Below are positions 41,356-53,900 of a stretch of DNA of 64,000 nt, one piece after another; position 1 is the first letter of the stretch, and each line of letters begins with the position of its first letter. The notes beneath the pieces were generated by a model, which worked only from the letters and a program-made list of their open reading frames with translations, made no database searches and had not been told where the DNA came from. Source of the DNA: an uncultured delta proteobacterium (GTDB lineage: Bacteria; Myxococcota_A; Polyangia; Polyangiales; Polyangiaceae); NCBI GenBank assembly GCA_963716725.1, contig CAVQUB010000020.1, positions 197,040-261,039 on the forward strand, in the 5' to 3' direction. The position numbers were made by a program, and so were the translations under genes.

Positions 41356-43292
41356 CACTCCTCCTTCACCGGCAGCGCGCCGTGCTCTATCAGATGCGAC
41401 TCCACGCCGCGCGCGTGAGCCACGGTCTCGCCAATGGCGTCAACGCTCTTGCCGCCGATGGCCGAGCGAATCGCCCGGTTCATGCGTCGCCCGGCCCACT
41501 CATGGGTGGCGTCGTCGAGGGCGTCGATCCGCAGCTGCACCGAGCTTGCCTGAGCGGCAGTCGCGATGGTCCGCTCCAGCTCGTCGAGCGCCGACTCGAC
41601 CCGGGGGCGTTCTTCATCGCTCAGGAGATCGGCGTCCGCGCCCATGGCCTTGCGTGTTGCGAGCAGCATGCGCGAGGCCTCGACCTTCGCATCCGCCAGG
41701 CGCCGCGCCTCGAAGTCCTCCTCACCGTGGTCGAGCGCGTCGAGCAGCATCGTCTCGACCTCATCGTCCGTCAGCCCGTAGCTCGGCTTGACCTGGATTT
41801 CCTGGTGAACGCCCGTTGTCAGCTCCTTCGCCTCGACCTCGAGCAGGTTGTTCTCGTCGACCTTGAAGTGGATCTCCAGTCGAGCCATGCCCGCGGGCAT
41901 GGGCGGGATCCCGCGCAGCGTGAAGCGCGCCAGCGATCGACAGTCTTTCGCCAGCTCGCGTTCGCCCTGCACCACGTGGATCTCGAAGCCGGTCTGGTTG
42001 TCCACGTAGGTCGTGAAGGTCGATCGCGCACCGGCAGGGATGGTGGTGTTGCGCGGCAGCACTTTGTCCACACCGCCGCCCATGGTCTCGACCCCGAGGG
42101 ACAGCGGCAAGACGTCGAGCAGGAGGATCTCGTCGCTCGCGTCCGTCAGCAACTGGGCTTGGACCGCGGCCCCATAGGCCACGACCAGATCGGGATCGAT
42201 GTCGGCGAGGGGCTCCCTCCCGAAAACCTCCGAGACGAAGCTCCGCACCCGCGGCACCCGCGTTGAGCCGCCGACCAGGATCACGCCGTCGATGCTCGAG
42301 GGCTCGACCGCCGCGTCGCGAAGCGCCCGCCGACAAGCCCGCCCAGTGCGCTCGAGCAGGGGCCCGATGAGCTGTTCGAAGTGCGCGCGGGTGATGCGAT
42401 ATTCAACCGTGCCTCCCCCCCGCTTCGGCAGCTCCACGGCCACCTCGCTGCGGTCGGTGAGGCCGTGTTTCGAGCGGCGTGCGGCGTCGAGCACCAGCCC
42501 GATGATCTCCGGTGTACGCGCGACCTCCCCGCCGGCGCCCATCGCCACCAGCATTTCCTCGGCGACGGCCCGATCCATGTCGTCGCCACCCAGCGCGCTG
42601 TCGCCGCCGGTGCTCTTGACCTGGAACACGCCATCTTCGAGCCGAAGGATGGTGATGTCGAAGGTCCCGCCACCTAGATCGTAGACCGCGAACAAGCCGT
42701 CTCGCTTCTTGTCGAGGCCGTAGGCCAGGGCTGCCGCGGTCGGCTCGTTCAAGAGTCGGATCACGTCAAGACCCGCCAAGCGACCTGCGTCCTTCGTGGC
42801 TTGGCGCTGTGCGTCGTCGAAGTAGGCCGGCACCGTGACCACGGCGCCGCCTACGGCACCGAGCTGATCGACCGCGCTCTGCTTCAAGCTCTTCAAAATC
42901 TCTGCGCTCGTCTCCACCGGTGTCACCACGCGACCGCCGCCCACCGCGAAACGCACGACCTTCGCTTGCTCGGGCGACGTCGCCGGTTCGAAGCGATAGG
43001 TACCCATGCGCTGGGTCTGGGGATCGTCGGCGCCACGTCCCATGAAGCGCTTCACGCTGGCCAGCGTGCGCTCGGGGTGCAGCGACGCGTAGGCCTTGGC
43101 CGATTCGCCCACGACCACGTTGCCGTGATCGCCGTAGTAGACCACGCTGGGCAGGAGCGACGAGCCGTCACAGGTGGTCAGCGCCAGCGGCCGATCGTCG
43201 CGCACGTGGGCGACGATGCTGTTGGTGGTGCCCAGATCGATGCCAATGGGCTTCGGAGGCGCTTTGGGGTCGAAGATGTCAAGCAGGACCAT
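41355..43292 (-). CDS. hscA: Fe-S assembly chaperone HscA
   Basis: [35 protein letters not shown] operon context. Confidence 0.93.
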   Translation of the reverse strand: MVLLDIFDPKAPPKPIGIDLGTTNSIVAHVRDDRPLALTTCDGSSLLPSVVYYGDHGNVVVGESAKAYASLHPERTLASVKRFMGRGADDPQTQRMGTYRFEPATSPEQAKVVRFAVGGGRVVTPVETSAEILKSLKQSAVDQLGAVGGAVVTVPAYFDDAQRQATKDAGRLAGLDVIRLLNEPTAAALAYGLDKKRDGLFAVYDLGGGTFDITILRLEDGVFQVKSTGGDSALGGDDMDRAVAEEMLVAMGAGGEVARTPEIIGLVLDAARRSKHGLTDRSEVAVELPKRGGGTVEYRITRAHFEQLIGPLLERTGRACRRALRDAAVEPSSIDGVILVGGSTRVPRVRSFVSEVFGREPLADIDPDLVVAYGAAVQAQLLTDASDEILLLDVLPLSLGVETMGGGVDKVLPRNTTIPAGARSTFTTYVDNQTGFEIHVVQGERELAKDCRSLARFTLRGIPPMPAGMARLEIHFKVDENNLLEVEAKELTTGVHQEIQVKPSYGLTDDEVETMLLDALDHGEEDFEARRLADAKVEASRMLLATRKAMGADADLLSDEERPRVESALDELERTIATAAQASSVQLRIDALDDATHEWAGRRMNRAIRSAIGGKSVDAIGETVAHARGVESHLIEHGALPVKEE

Positions 43293-43294
43293 GT

Positions 43295-43832
43295 TCAGAA
43301 CAGCTCGTCTTGCAAGACGGCAGCCTCTTCGAGAAATCGGCGATAGTAGCGCAGCTCACCCAAGCCGCTGAGCAAGGCCGTCGCATGCGCGCCCGCTCCG
43401 CCGTTCGCGGCGGCACGCTGGAACTCCGCCGCGAGCGACACAGTGGCCCGAACCTCCCGCGCCTTCATGTCCTTCACCAAGCGATCGAGCCCTGCCTCGT
43501 CGCGCTGACGCCCCGCCTGCGCCAGGGCCTCACGCTGCTCCATCATGTCCATGAGCAACGTCGGATCGGGCTTGGGCTCCTGACCTTCCGCGACGTGAAC
43601 GCCCAGGTGCCGCAGTAGCGCTTCTCCGCGCTGCGATCGGGTCGCGCACGATGCGCCAGGCCTGGTTCACCTCGATGGCCTTGCCGAGGGCAGCGCGGCG
43701 CGCCGCGGGCGTGCTCTGCGCATGGCGGTCGGGATGCAGCGCACCGCTCAGATCGCGATGACGCTTCTCGGCCTCGTCGAGGTCGAGATCGAACGCGGCC
43801 GGGAGGCCGAGAGTGGCAAAGGGATCGTGCAT
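43295..43832 (-). CDS. hscB: Co-chaperone HscB (frameshift near 43630)
   Basis: J-domain [19 protein letters not shown]-terminal [16 protein letters not shown]. Confidence 0.88.
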
Positions 43833-43867
43833 GGCCGGCGGCCGCCGAGGCGCGCTCGGCGACTCCT

Positions 43868-44258
43868 CTACTTCACCGTGAACGAGTGGCCGCAGCCGCA
43901 GCTGGTGGCCTCGTTCGGGTTTCTGAACTTGAAGCCCTGGAACATCAGGGTCTTCTCGAAGTCGAGCACCGAGCCCGCCAAGTAGATCAGGCTCTTCTTG
44001 TCGACGATGAAGCGCACGCCGTCCGCCTCGAACACTCGGTCGCGATCCCGCGGCGCTTCGTCCTCGAAGGCGATCACGTAGCCGAAGCCGGAGCAGCCCC
44101 CGCCCTTGATGCCCAGCCGGATCGCCGCCTCGGGAGTGCCGCGCTTCGCCAACTTCTGCCGCGCCAACTCCACTGCCTGATCAGTGATCGTCAGCGAGAG
44201 CTTCTCGATCCGTCCGGGGCGGCGCTTCGGTCTTGGGCGAGGTCTCTTGGGTGCTCAT
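43868..44258 (-). CDS. iscA: Fe-S assembly accessory protein IscA/HesB (5' frameshift)
   Basis: GGGCSGFGY, NPNEATSCGCGHSF. Confidence 0.9.
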
Positions 44259-44292
44259 CGTCAACATGCGGTCGGGTTCTCGTGGTTCCAGC

Positions 44293-44714
44293 TCACTTCG
44301 CCACGGCGGATGGCTCGGACAGGGCGCGCTCGGCGGCGCGCTTCTGTCGGAAGTCCTCGATGGCGCTCTTGATGGCGTCTTCGGCCAGCACCGAGCAGTG
44401 GATCTTCACCGGGGGCAGGTTCAGCTCCTCGGCGATCTGGCTGTTCTTGATGGTCGCGGCCTCGTCGATGTGTCTTGCCCTTGATCCACTCGGTGGCGAG
44501 CGAGCTCGAGGCGATGGCCGATCCGCAGCCGAAGGTCTTGAACGTGCGTCTTCGATCACGCCCGTCGGCATTGACCTTGATCTGCAGGCGCATCACGTCG
44601 CCGCAGGCGGGCGCGCCGACCAGGCCGGTCCCGACGTTGGGATCGTCCTTGTCGAGGGTGCCGACGTTGCTTCGGGTTTTCGTAGTGCTCGATGACTTTT
44701 TCGCTGTACGCCAT
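44293..44714 (-). CDS. iscU: Fe-S scaffold IscU (frameshifted)
   Basis: [46 protein letters not shown]. Confidence 0.93.
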
Positions 44715-44732
44715 GTTCGAATCTTCCATGTG

Positions 44733-45972
44733 TCAGTGCGCGGCACCCACTGCGATGCTCTTCGAAGTCGACGCCTTCCTTGTGCATCTCGTAGAGCGGC
44801 GACATGTCGCGCAGCTTGCTTCACCTCGGCTGACGACCAGGTCGACCACGTAGTCGACCTCTTCTTCGGTGTTGAAGCGACCCAGCCCGAAGCGGATGCG
44901 ACGAGTGCGCCAGCTCCTCGTCGAGGCCCATCGCGCGCAGCACGTAGCTCGGCTCGAGGCTGGCGCTGGTGCAGGCGGAGCCGCTGGAGACGGCCACGTC
45001 CTTGATGGCCATCATCAGCGCCTCGCCCTCGACGAACGAGAACGACATGTTCAGGTTGCCCGGCAAGCGCCGCTCGGGTGCGCCGTTGAGACACCACCTC
45101 GTCCAGCACCTTCGACGAGCTGGCGTGCAGAGCGATCGCGCAGCCCGCGGATGCGCTCGGTCTCGGCCTCGCCCTCTTGCTGCAGATCTCGCAGGCCTTG
45201 CCGAAGCCGACGATGCCCGGCACGTTGAGCGTGCCCGAGCGCATGCCGCGCTCGTGACCGCCGCCGTCCATCTGCGCGACCAGGCGCACGCGCGGCTTGC
45301 TGCGCCGCACGTACAGCGCGCCGACGCCCTTGGGACCGTACATCTTGTGGGCGGTGAGCGACGCCAGATCGACGTTCATCGTCGTCACGTCGAACGGCGA
45401 TCTTGCCGATGCCCTGCACCGCGTCGCTGTGCAAGAGCACGCCGCGCTCGCGGGTGATCTTGCCGATCTCGCGCGATGGGCTGGATCGTGCCGACCTCGT
45501 TGTTGGCCAGCATCACGCTGACCGAGGATCGTCTTGTCGGTGAGCGCGCGGCGCGATGTCGTCGGGATCGACGCAGGCCGTCCTTGCCGACGGCGAGGTA
45601 GGTGACCTCGAAGCCCTGCTTTTCGAGGCGCTTGCACGTGTCGAGCACGGCCTTGTGCTCGATCTGCGTGGTGACGATGTGGTTGCCCTTGACTCTCGTA
45701 GAACTCGGCGACGCCCTTGATCGCGAGGTTGTCGCTCTCGGTCGCGCCGGAGGTGAACACGATCTCCTTGTCGCTCTCGGCGCCGATCAGGTCCGCGATG
45801 GTGCTCGCGCGCATCTTCGACCGCGGCCTCCGCCTGCCCAGCCGAAGGCGTGGGTGCGGCTGGCCGCGTTGCCGAACTTCTCCGTGAAGTACGGCAGCAT
45901 CGCCTCGACGACGCGCGGGTCCACCGGCGTCGTCGCGTGGTTGTCCATGTAGATGGGGAGCTTGAGGGCCAT
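44733..45972 (-). CDS. iscS: Cysteine desulfurase IscS (many frameshifts)
   Basis: [61 protein letters not shown]. Confidence 0.93.
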
Positions 45973-45974
45973 GT

Positions 45975-46583
45975 TCAATGTGTCTGGGCGCCGGCGACGA
46001 GGTCGGGCGTGGGGGCTTCGCTGTGGCGCTCGCAGTTGGGACACGCGTGCACCGGCACGCGCGCCTCGCAGGCGGCTCCACAGGCGTTCAAATAGGTCAA
46101 GCTGTCGACCAATTCGTGTTCGAGCTGCCGGAGCTCGATGAGCTTGGCGCGAGTCTCAGCCAGCTTGGCGAGGTACACCTCGGACAGGCGGCTCGCCGCG
46201 AGCTTTGCGCTCTCGGAGTCTCCTTGGGCCTTGACCAGCTCTTGGATGTCGGAGAGCGAGAAGCCGAGAGATTGGAGCTTGCTGATCCAGCGCACGCGGA
46301 CCAGCGCGTCGGGACCGAAGAGCCGGTAGCGGCCCTTGCTGCGCTCGTGGGGCCGCAAGAGACCGAGGTCCTCATAGAGGTGGATGGCCCGCACCGTCTT
46401 GCCGCTGGCCTTCGCGAGATCGCCGACCAGCAGCACCGCGTCGGGGCTCAGATCGAGCTCGTCGAGCGCCGGCTCCACCAGAGGCGAACGCTCGTTCGCC
46501 TCGCTCGTGGGGGAAACCTGGAGGCGGACTCGTCTGGGCATGGGTTCTTCTCGGACTGCTCCGAACTCTCTCGCACGGGGCAT
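45975..46583 (-). CDS. MerR-family transcriptional regulator with Cys-rich C-terminus (alternative start 46541)
   Basis: [42 protein letters not shown]-terminal [14 protein letters not shown]. Confidence 0.9.
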   Translation of the reverse strand: MPRAREFGAVREEPMPRRVRLQVSPTSEANERSPLVEPALDELDLSPDAVLLVGDLAKASGKTVRAIHLYEDLGLLRPHERSKGRYRLFGPDALVRVRWISKLQSLGFSLSDIQELVKAQGDSESAKLAASRLSEVYLAKLAETRAKLIELRQLEHELVDSLTYLNACGAACEARVPVHACPNCERHSEAPTPDLVAGAQTH

Positions 46584-46610
46584 AACCCTTACGTATGGGT
46601 GAGGGTTATG
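46581..46610. promoter_or_regulatory. Inverted repeat, candidate operator of the MerR-family regulator
   Basis: CATAACCCTTAC-gtatgg-GTGAGGGTTATG (12-bp arms, one mismatch); just upstream on the minus strand is TTGACG-N17-TAAGAC. Confidence 0.6.
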
Positions 46611-46708
46611 GTTTCCCTCGTCTTAGCGGCCTCCAAGCGCGACGTCAAGCGCCGGTATTCGCGCGGGTTCTCGACAGCCCACGCCGCCCGTGTCAAACGC
46701 GGCGCCCC

Positions 46709-48331
<1,623 letters not shown>

Positions 48332-48370
48332 GCCAGATCTGCGGCGGGGAACGCCCGCAGAATCAGCAGC

Positions 48371-48398
48371 TTGACACGCCGCCGCCCCTGGGTAGAGT
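48371..48398 (+). promoter_or_regulatory. Sigma-70 promoter of tRNA-fMet
   Basis: TTGACA-N16-TAGAGT followed by a GC-rich stretch just before the tRNA. Confidence 0.75.
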
Positions 48399-48403
48399 GC
48401 GCC

Positions 48404-48505
<102 letters not shown>

Positions 48506-48622
48506 TCTCGTTTCCAAGACCTCGCTTTGAACTTCGACCGGGGTCTTGATTGCGAATTGAACCGACGAATCGCGATGCACGCTGCATGCCCGCGCGGTCG
48601 GCGCCATCCATCGGTCGCGCGT

Positions 48623-49132
48623 CTATCCGTCTTTCGCCTTGATTGCCGCTTCGATCATCGCCAAGACCATTCGGTCTTTAGGGCGGTTCGCGGCCTGCTT
48701 CATGCGGAGGATGGCGGGGAGACCTGCGACCAGGAGCGTATTCCCACCGAGGGTCGTTTCCAGAGATTCTGCGAGGAGCGCATCGTAAGTGAATCCTCCA
48801 GATCCGGAGTCGGATCCCTTCATCACGTCCAGCCGGCCGTAGCGAGTGCGCACCATGAACGTGCCGGTCAGTGACCGGATTCGGTCGAGGTCCGGGCGAA
48901 CCCGTTGCACGCTGCCCGGCGGCACGAGGCACCAGGCGTCCAGTTCGACCAGCGCAGCGGCGAGGAGGACGAAGTTCTCTTCGCGGCCATCGATCACGAT
49001 GTCGAGATCGATGGTCGACCACGGCACCCCCTGCACTTCCGCGGCGAACCCACCGATAGTGACGAACGCGACGCCGTGTCGACACAGCACCGCGATCAGC
49101 TCGACTGGGTCAAACCGATCGGCCGTCGTCAA
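48623..49132 (-). CDS. Putative nucleotidyltransferase (AbiEii/MenT-like toxin candidate)
   Basis: IGGFAA..G...TIDLDIV (GG plus DxD), central LDV, C-terminal MK..ANRPKD. Confidence 0.75.
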   Translation of the reverse strand: MTTADRFDPVELIAVLCRHGVAFVTIGGFAAEVQGVPWSTIDLDIVIDGREENFVLLAAALVELDAWCLVPPGSVQRVRPDLDRIRSLTGTFMVRTRYGRLDVMKGSDSGSGGFTYDALLAESLETTLGGNTLLVAGLPAILRMKQAANRPKDRMVLAMIEAAIKAKDG

Positions 49133-49316
49133 GCTTCGTCCTGGCGCGCAAATTCGCCCGAGCTTCGTCGACGGCGGCTCGCCAATTCGCCTCCGACCTT
49201 GCGCGCTCTTCCGGTGTCATCGCGCCAATCTGCGCAGCGAGGGCAAGGTCGTTGCCCTCCTCGTCGAAGGCGATTATCCAAGACGGATCGAGCGTTGGTT
49301 CACGGCTGCCGCTCAC
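49110..49316 (-). CDS. Small helical protein, candidate antitoxin
   Basis: 68 aa, overlaps the NTase start; DLAL..IGAMTPEERA motif. Confidence 0.55.
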   Translation of the reverse strand: MSGSREPTLDPSWIIAFDEEGNDLALAAQIGAMTPEERARSEANWRAAVDEARANLRARTKLDDGRSV

Positions 49317-49446
49317 TGCTCGAGCCTATCATGGGGCGGAGTCGACGCCCCGCCGCTCACGCCCGTCCGACCGCAATCACCCCCTCCAACGGCACCCACG
49401 CTTCCTCAACGCCCTGAAATTGCTGGGCAGGAAAGTCGAGTTGCAG

Positions 49447-49484
49447 GCCCGCGCAACCCGGAAGGCCCCGTGAAAACGGGGCTT
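49447..49484 (+). repeat. 38-bp direct repeat copy 2 (attR-like)
   Basis: Identical to 48468-48505. Confidence 0.92.
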
Positions 49485-49881
49485 CTCTTTTTCGCTGGCG
49501 ATTTGAACCTGCGACTGCGCGGCCGCGCGGCAGCCGCCCATCGTTCGGCGCAACTTCATTCACCGCGTCGGCCCGAACACGCATCGCGGTCTGGCCTCGA
49601 GCATGCGCTCGACGGTGCCGCCGCTGTCCTCGGAGAATGTGGTTGACCTCGAGCCTCCAACACAGAGTGGGCTTCCGTTGCTGCGCCGATTCGGCAATGG
49701 CACCGTGATTGCCACCGAACGACGCACCACCGCGCCCGATTCCCGGCGGCAATCGGCCCCCACACACCCGCAGCTCCTCGAATCGCCATGCCAAACTTCG
49801 AAGACCGGTACCGACCGCTGCTCGCGCGACGGGTCCCACGCGAGGAGGTCGCCAGCGGTGGTCTCCAGAGCTTCGCGGGAG

Positions 49882-50556
49882 TCACGCGCTCACGCTCAGC
49901 GCTGTCGCGACATATCCATCGCGAACGAGGTAGCGACCCGTCAGCGCGCCCCGCCCATCCAGGGCCGGCAGCGCGCGCTCGAGCTCGACGACGAAGGAGC
50001 CCGCTCCGGAGGGCTGGGCGCCCGGTTGCATGCTCAGCTCCACATCCAGGAATCCCAGCCACTGCCGAGTCAGCGAGAACTGCGCTTTGTAGAAGCACTC
50101 CTTGGCGCTGAAGCAGACCTTGGCGAGCTGCCCGCCGTTCGCCTGCTGCCTCAGCCAGCGCTGCTCGGCGGGCGTGAGCACGCTCCGCCGCAGGTCCTCG
50201 CCGAGCGGCTCGTCCTCCTCCAGGTCGCAGCCGAGAGCGCACACCACGCTCGTCCGAGCCAGAGCGACGGCAGCCCAGCCGCGCTTGTGGGTGATGGATC
50301 CGACGATGCCCTCGGGCCACAGTGGCTCGCGCTCCGCGCCGCGGAGCACAGCGCAGGAGCCCGCCACTCCGAGCTCGCTGAGCAGCCGCCTGGCGAGCAA
50401 GCGGCCCGCGGCGAACTCACGCTGGCGGCTGTCGACCGCGCTGGACACCAGGGCCAACTCGTCCGGGAGTAACGTCGAGGGATCCGCCTGCCGGGGGTCC
50501 ATTTCGGCGACCACCACGCCTTCGCCGAACAGCTCACGGAACAGCGCCCTGGTCAA
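49882..50556 (-). CDS. 4'-phosphopantetheinyl transferase (Sfp/EntD type)
   Basis: RQREFAAGR, PLWPEGIVGSITH, LGCDLE, FSAKECFYKA. Confidence 0.92.
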   Translation of the reverse strand: MTRALFRELFGEGVVVAEMDPRQADPSTLLPDELALVSSAVDSRQREFAAGRLLARRLLSELGVAGSCAVLRGAEREPLWPEGIVGSITHKRGWAAVALARTSVVCALGCDLEEDEPLGEDLRRSVLTPAEQRWLRQQANGGQLAKVCFSAKECFYKAQFSLTRQWLGFLDVELSMQPGAQPSGAGSFVVELERALPALDGRGALTGRYLVRDGYVATALSVSA

Positions 50557-50942
50557 AGCTGCGCCTTCACCGCCTCGGGAAGCGGCACCAAGCGCTTTTC
50601 GGCATCAACGCAGACGAGCTCCACTTGACCCTCGACCAACACCTCGTCGCTGCCTTCCTGAACCACATTCTGTTTGAAGGACAGCCGGTAGTCGCTTGAC
50701 TTGTCGACCGTGGTGCGGATTTCGAGGAGGTCACCGAAGCCGGAGCCGCGCCGAAAGGTCACCTCGACCCGATACACGACGAAGCCGATGCCATCGTCAC
50801 GCAGCAAGCGCACCAGCTCCTGGGCACCCAGCACGTGCTCTCGTGCGCGTTCAAAGTACTTCAGATAGTTCGCGTGATAGACTAGGCCAGAGTGGTCCGT
50901 GTCTTCATAGTAGATCTGAACGCGATGCCGATACGTGTTCAT
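50553..50942 (-). CDS. YbgC/FadM-family hotdog acyl-thioesterase
   Basis: YYEDTDHSGLVYHANYLKYFERAR; TGATG overlap with pfa3. Confidence 0.9.
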   Translation of the reverse strand: MNTYRHRVQIYYEDTDHSGLVYHANYLKYFERAREHVLGAQELVRLLRDDGIGFVVYRVEVTFRRGSGFGDLLEIRTTVDKSSDYRLSFKQNVVQEGSDEVLVEGQVELVCVDAEKRLVPLPEAVKAQL

Positions 50943-53900
50943 CACTCGATGATGACCTCTCCGCCCGCCGGCCCATAGAGACGACGAGCGAGCTCCGCGA
51001 GCCAGAGTCCGACCGGCGTGGCCGGCAAGGACAAGCGCCCCTGTCGAGCGCCGCTGAGCAGCGCCTGCACTTCGTCGCCGGGCGCGCTGAGCGCTGCCAG
51101 CATCTCGAACAAGGCCGCGTGCTCTGCGCTGGCGCCGGTGCGCCGGGCGCGCTCGGACACGCAGGCCGCGAAGGCCGGGTCGGGAGACATGGGCTCTTCC
51201 TCGGCGTTGTTCGGCCCCAGCGCGTTGATGGCCTCGATCACGACCGCCTTGCGCTCCTTGTAGGGCAGCGCCTCGAAGGTCTCGGGCTGGATGGGGCGGC
51301 CAAAGTGGAGATCTTGCCGCCCCATCTCGAAGGGGAACTCGATCCGGCCTTCCAGAGGCCGCGCCGGCAGCCCGCCGACGAAACGCACCGGAACGATGGG
51401 CGCCCGAGTGGCGAGCGCCATGTCGATGAAGAGGCTGGTCATCTTGACCACGGGAGTGCGACAGCTGAGCGAACGGGTGCCCTCGATGTGCACCATCACG
51501 CTCTTGCCAGGCCCCATCATCTCTCGGGACAGCTCGAGAACGATGCTGCTGAGTGCGCTCGAATCGCCGCGGTCGAAGTAGGTGATGACCCGCGGGTCGA
51601 CGATGCCCGGATAGGAGAAACAGTGCTGAATCAGCAGGCCGAGCCAGGTCGTCCGGTGCTCCTCTTTGGCCAGGGTGACCGTCGGCACGCCGGACAAACC
51701 GGAGGCAATGATCGAAAACAACAGCGACTCGATCCCGACTTGGTGATTGGCGAGGTACAACGTGCTGCGGCCCCGCAGCGCGGCAAAGGCAGCTGGATCG
51801 GCGATGTGCACCGCACCCACGAAGCGATGGATCAGCCCGTAGTACAAGTCCTCGACGGGCCAGCGGCCTGCGTCGAAGTAGCGGTCCCAATACCTGCGTA
51901 CGGGCGCTAGATCGAGGCGGGGACTTCCGGCGCTGCGCACGCAGATCTCGTGATCCGTGACGGCCACGTCGAGCTCGTGACGCGTGAGCGGCTGCGCGGC
52001 GCTGACCGCGTGCCGTCCGTCGATCTGTACCGTCGAGGGGTGAACACCCGCCAAGAGTGCGACGTGATCTTTGGCGGCCACCTCGAGCGCGGCGTCGCCC
52101 TCCGTGGCGCCCTCCGTGGCGTACAGCGACTCGATGGTCCCCGGCAGCCAGTTGCTCGCCTTGATCGCGTGCAGGGGCAGCCGCGTGACACCGCCCTCTC
52201 GTCGCGACAGCGCCATGCCGGGCACCGCGCGTCGATCGCGTAAGAACGCGACTCGCTCGAGCGGCGGCACGTCGCCGAGTGGTCCTTTCGGCATGAGGAT
52301 CTCGGTCAGGCGCAGCGAAAGCCAGACTTGCCCTGCGTCGATCAGCTGCACGACGAAGCTCGGGAAGCGGAAATCGCCGTCGAAGCCCGCGAAGCGCACC
52401 TCACAACGAAGCTGCCCAGCCTCGGGCGGCGGCCCGAAGATCTTCATCTCGGCGATGCGGTACGGATAACCCACCTGATCGACCGGGATCTCGTCGCACC
52501 AGCGATGGAGCGTGTCGTTGGGAATGGCGTGTGTGATCGCGTCCAGCAGCACCTGGTTGAGGCAGCCCTTCGGCACCCGGCCTGGCGCAACATCGAGCAG
52601 CGCGCTCGAACCACTGGCGCCCAGCGCCAGCCGGCTGAGCTTCTGGAACGCTTCGCCGTGAAATAGGTGTCCCGCTCGATAGGGATCCGGCACCGCCACC
52701 GCATCGGCGAGCGGCTCGAGTGGCTCGGGGGCCTTCGCGTAGTCGCCCAAGAGCACGCTGGCCGTGGCGACCAGCTCGAAGCGCGAGAGCTCGGCGCGCG
52801 GCGCGCTCCTGAAGGCCAAGAGCTTCACGTCATAGCGCTGCTGTCCGGCAGCGTGGTGGCGGCTCTGGGTGACCTCCGTGCGCAGTCGCGTCGACGAAGT
52901 GATGGGCAGCCAGCGCTCGACGCGGACGTTGTCTACCTCCACCACGGCGCGCTGCGGCTCTCTCGCGAGCGCGGCGGCCGCCATGCGATCGACCATGGAC
53001 ATGAGCGGGAGCGCCGGCGCGGTGTAGGTCGGGCGGTGATCGGTGATCCAGCTGTCGACCGCTGGATCGAGGACCTCTTCCCGATCCGAGGCGGAGCTAT
53101 CGCCGGGGACGATGCGCATGCCCAGGTTCTTCGCCTCGTAGATGCGCATGCCGTCGACGTAGAGCGATGCGCGAGCGATGGCGTACGGGCCGCGAGCGTC
53201 GGTGCCAAGCTCGACGAGATCGACGAGGGTGTTGATGCAAGCGTTTTTCATCAGCACCTGGCCGCGGTACTTCCAGGTCAGCGGAGCACCGAGCGCCAGC
53301 GGCTCGAAGCGCGCGTTTTCGATGCCCTCGCCCATGCCCCGGTGCAACATCGCGAACTGCAGGAGCTGCACCATCGCCTCGATGCCGAGCGAGCCGGGCT
53401 GCACGGGGTCCTGGAAGAAGTGCGCCTTGAAGAACCACTCGTCAGGCTCTACGTCCTTCTCGGCGCGGTAGCGGCCCAGGGAAGCAGCCCCGCCCTCCGG
53501 CCAGATCCCGGTGACGCGATCGATCATCAAGAGGAAGGGCGACGCGAGCCGAGGACGCGCCTCGAAGTACTGCGCGGGTCGCGCCTCCAGATCGATCAAG
53601 ACATCACTCGCCGCCTCGAGCGCTCCCTGCTCGCTCTCCGGGACGGGCATGCCGACCTGCTTGGCCAGCGCCTCGGCCGGAAAGAACCCGAACACGGTGG
53701 TCATCTCGAACACCGATTCATCCCCCAAGAGACACTCCACCTCGAAAGACTCGATGATCATCCCGGCGGAGCTGGAGATCCCGACGATCTTGGCGCGAGT
53801 GCGCAAGGTGCCCGCGCTTGATAGCACCGCTCTCTTGAGCGTCCCGGTGCCGTCGAGATTGCGGAAACACAGGTCTTGATCGCTGGTGAGCGCGCTGCCG

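Noticed and set aside
44293..45972. Programmed frameshifting or true pseudogenes in iscS and iscU
   Set aside because: There are too many irregular indels with otherwise intact motifs; sequencing error is simpler.
49485..49881. Possible integrase remnant or small gene next to the second direct repeat
   Set aside because: No recombinase motif or convincing ORF was recognised.
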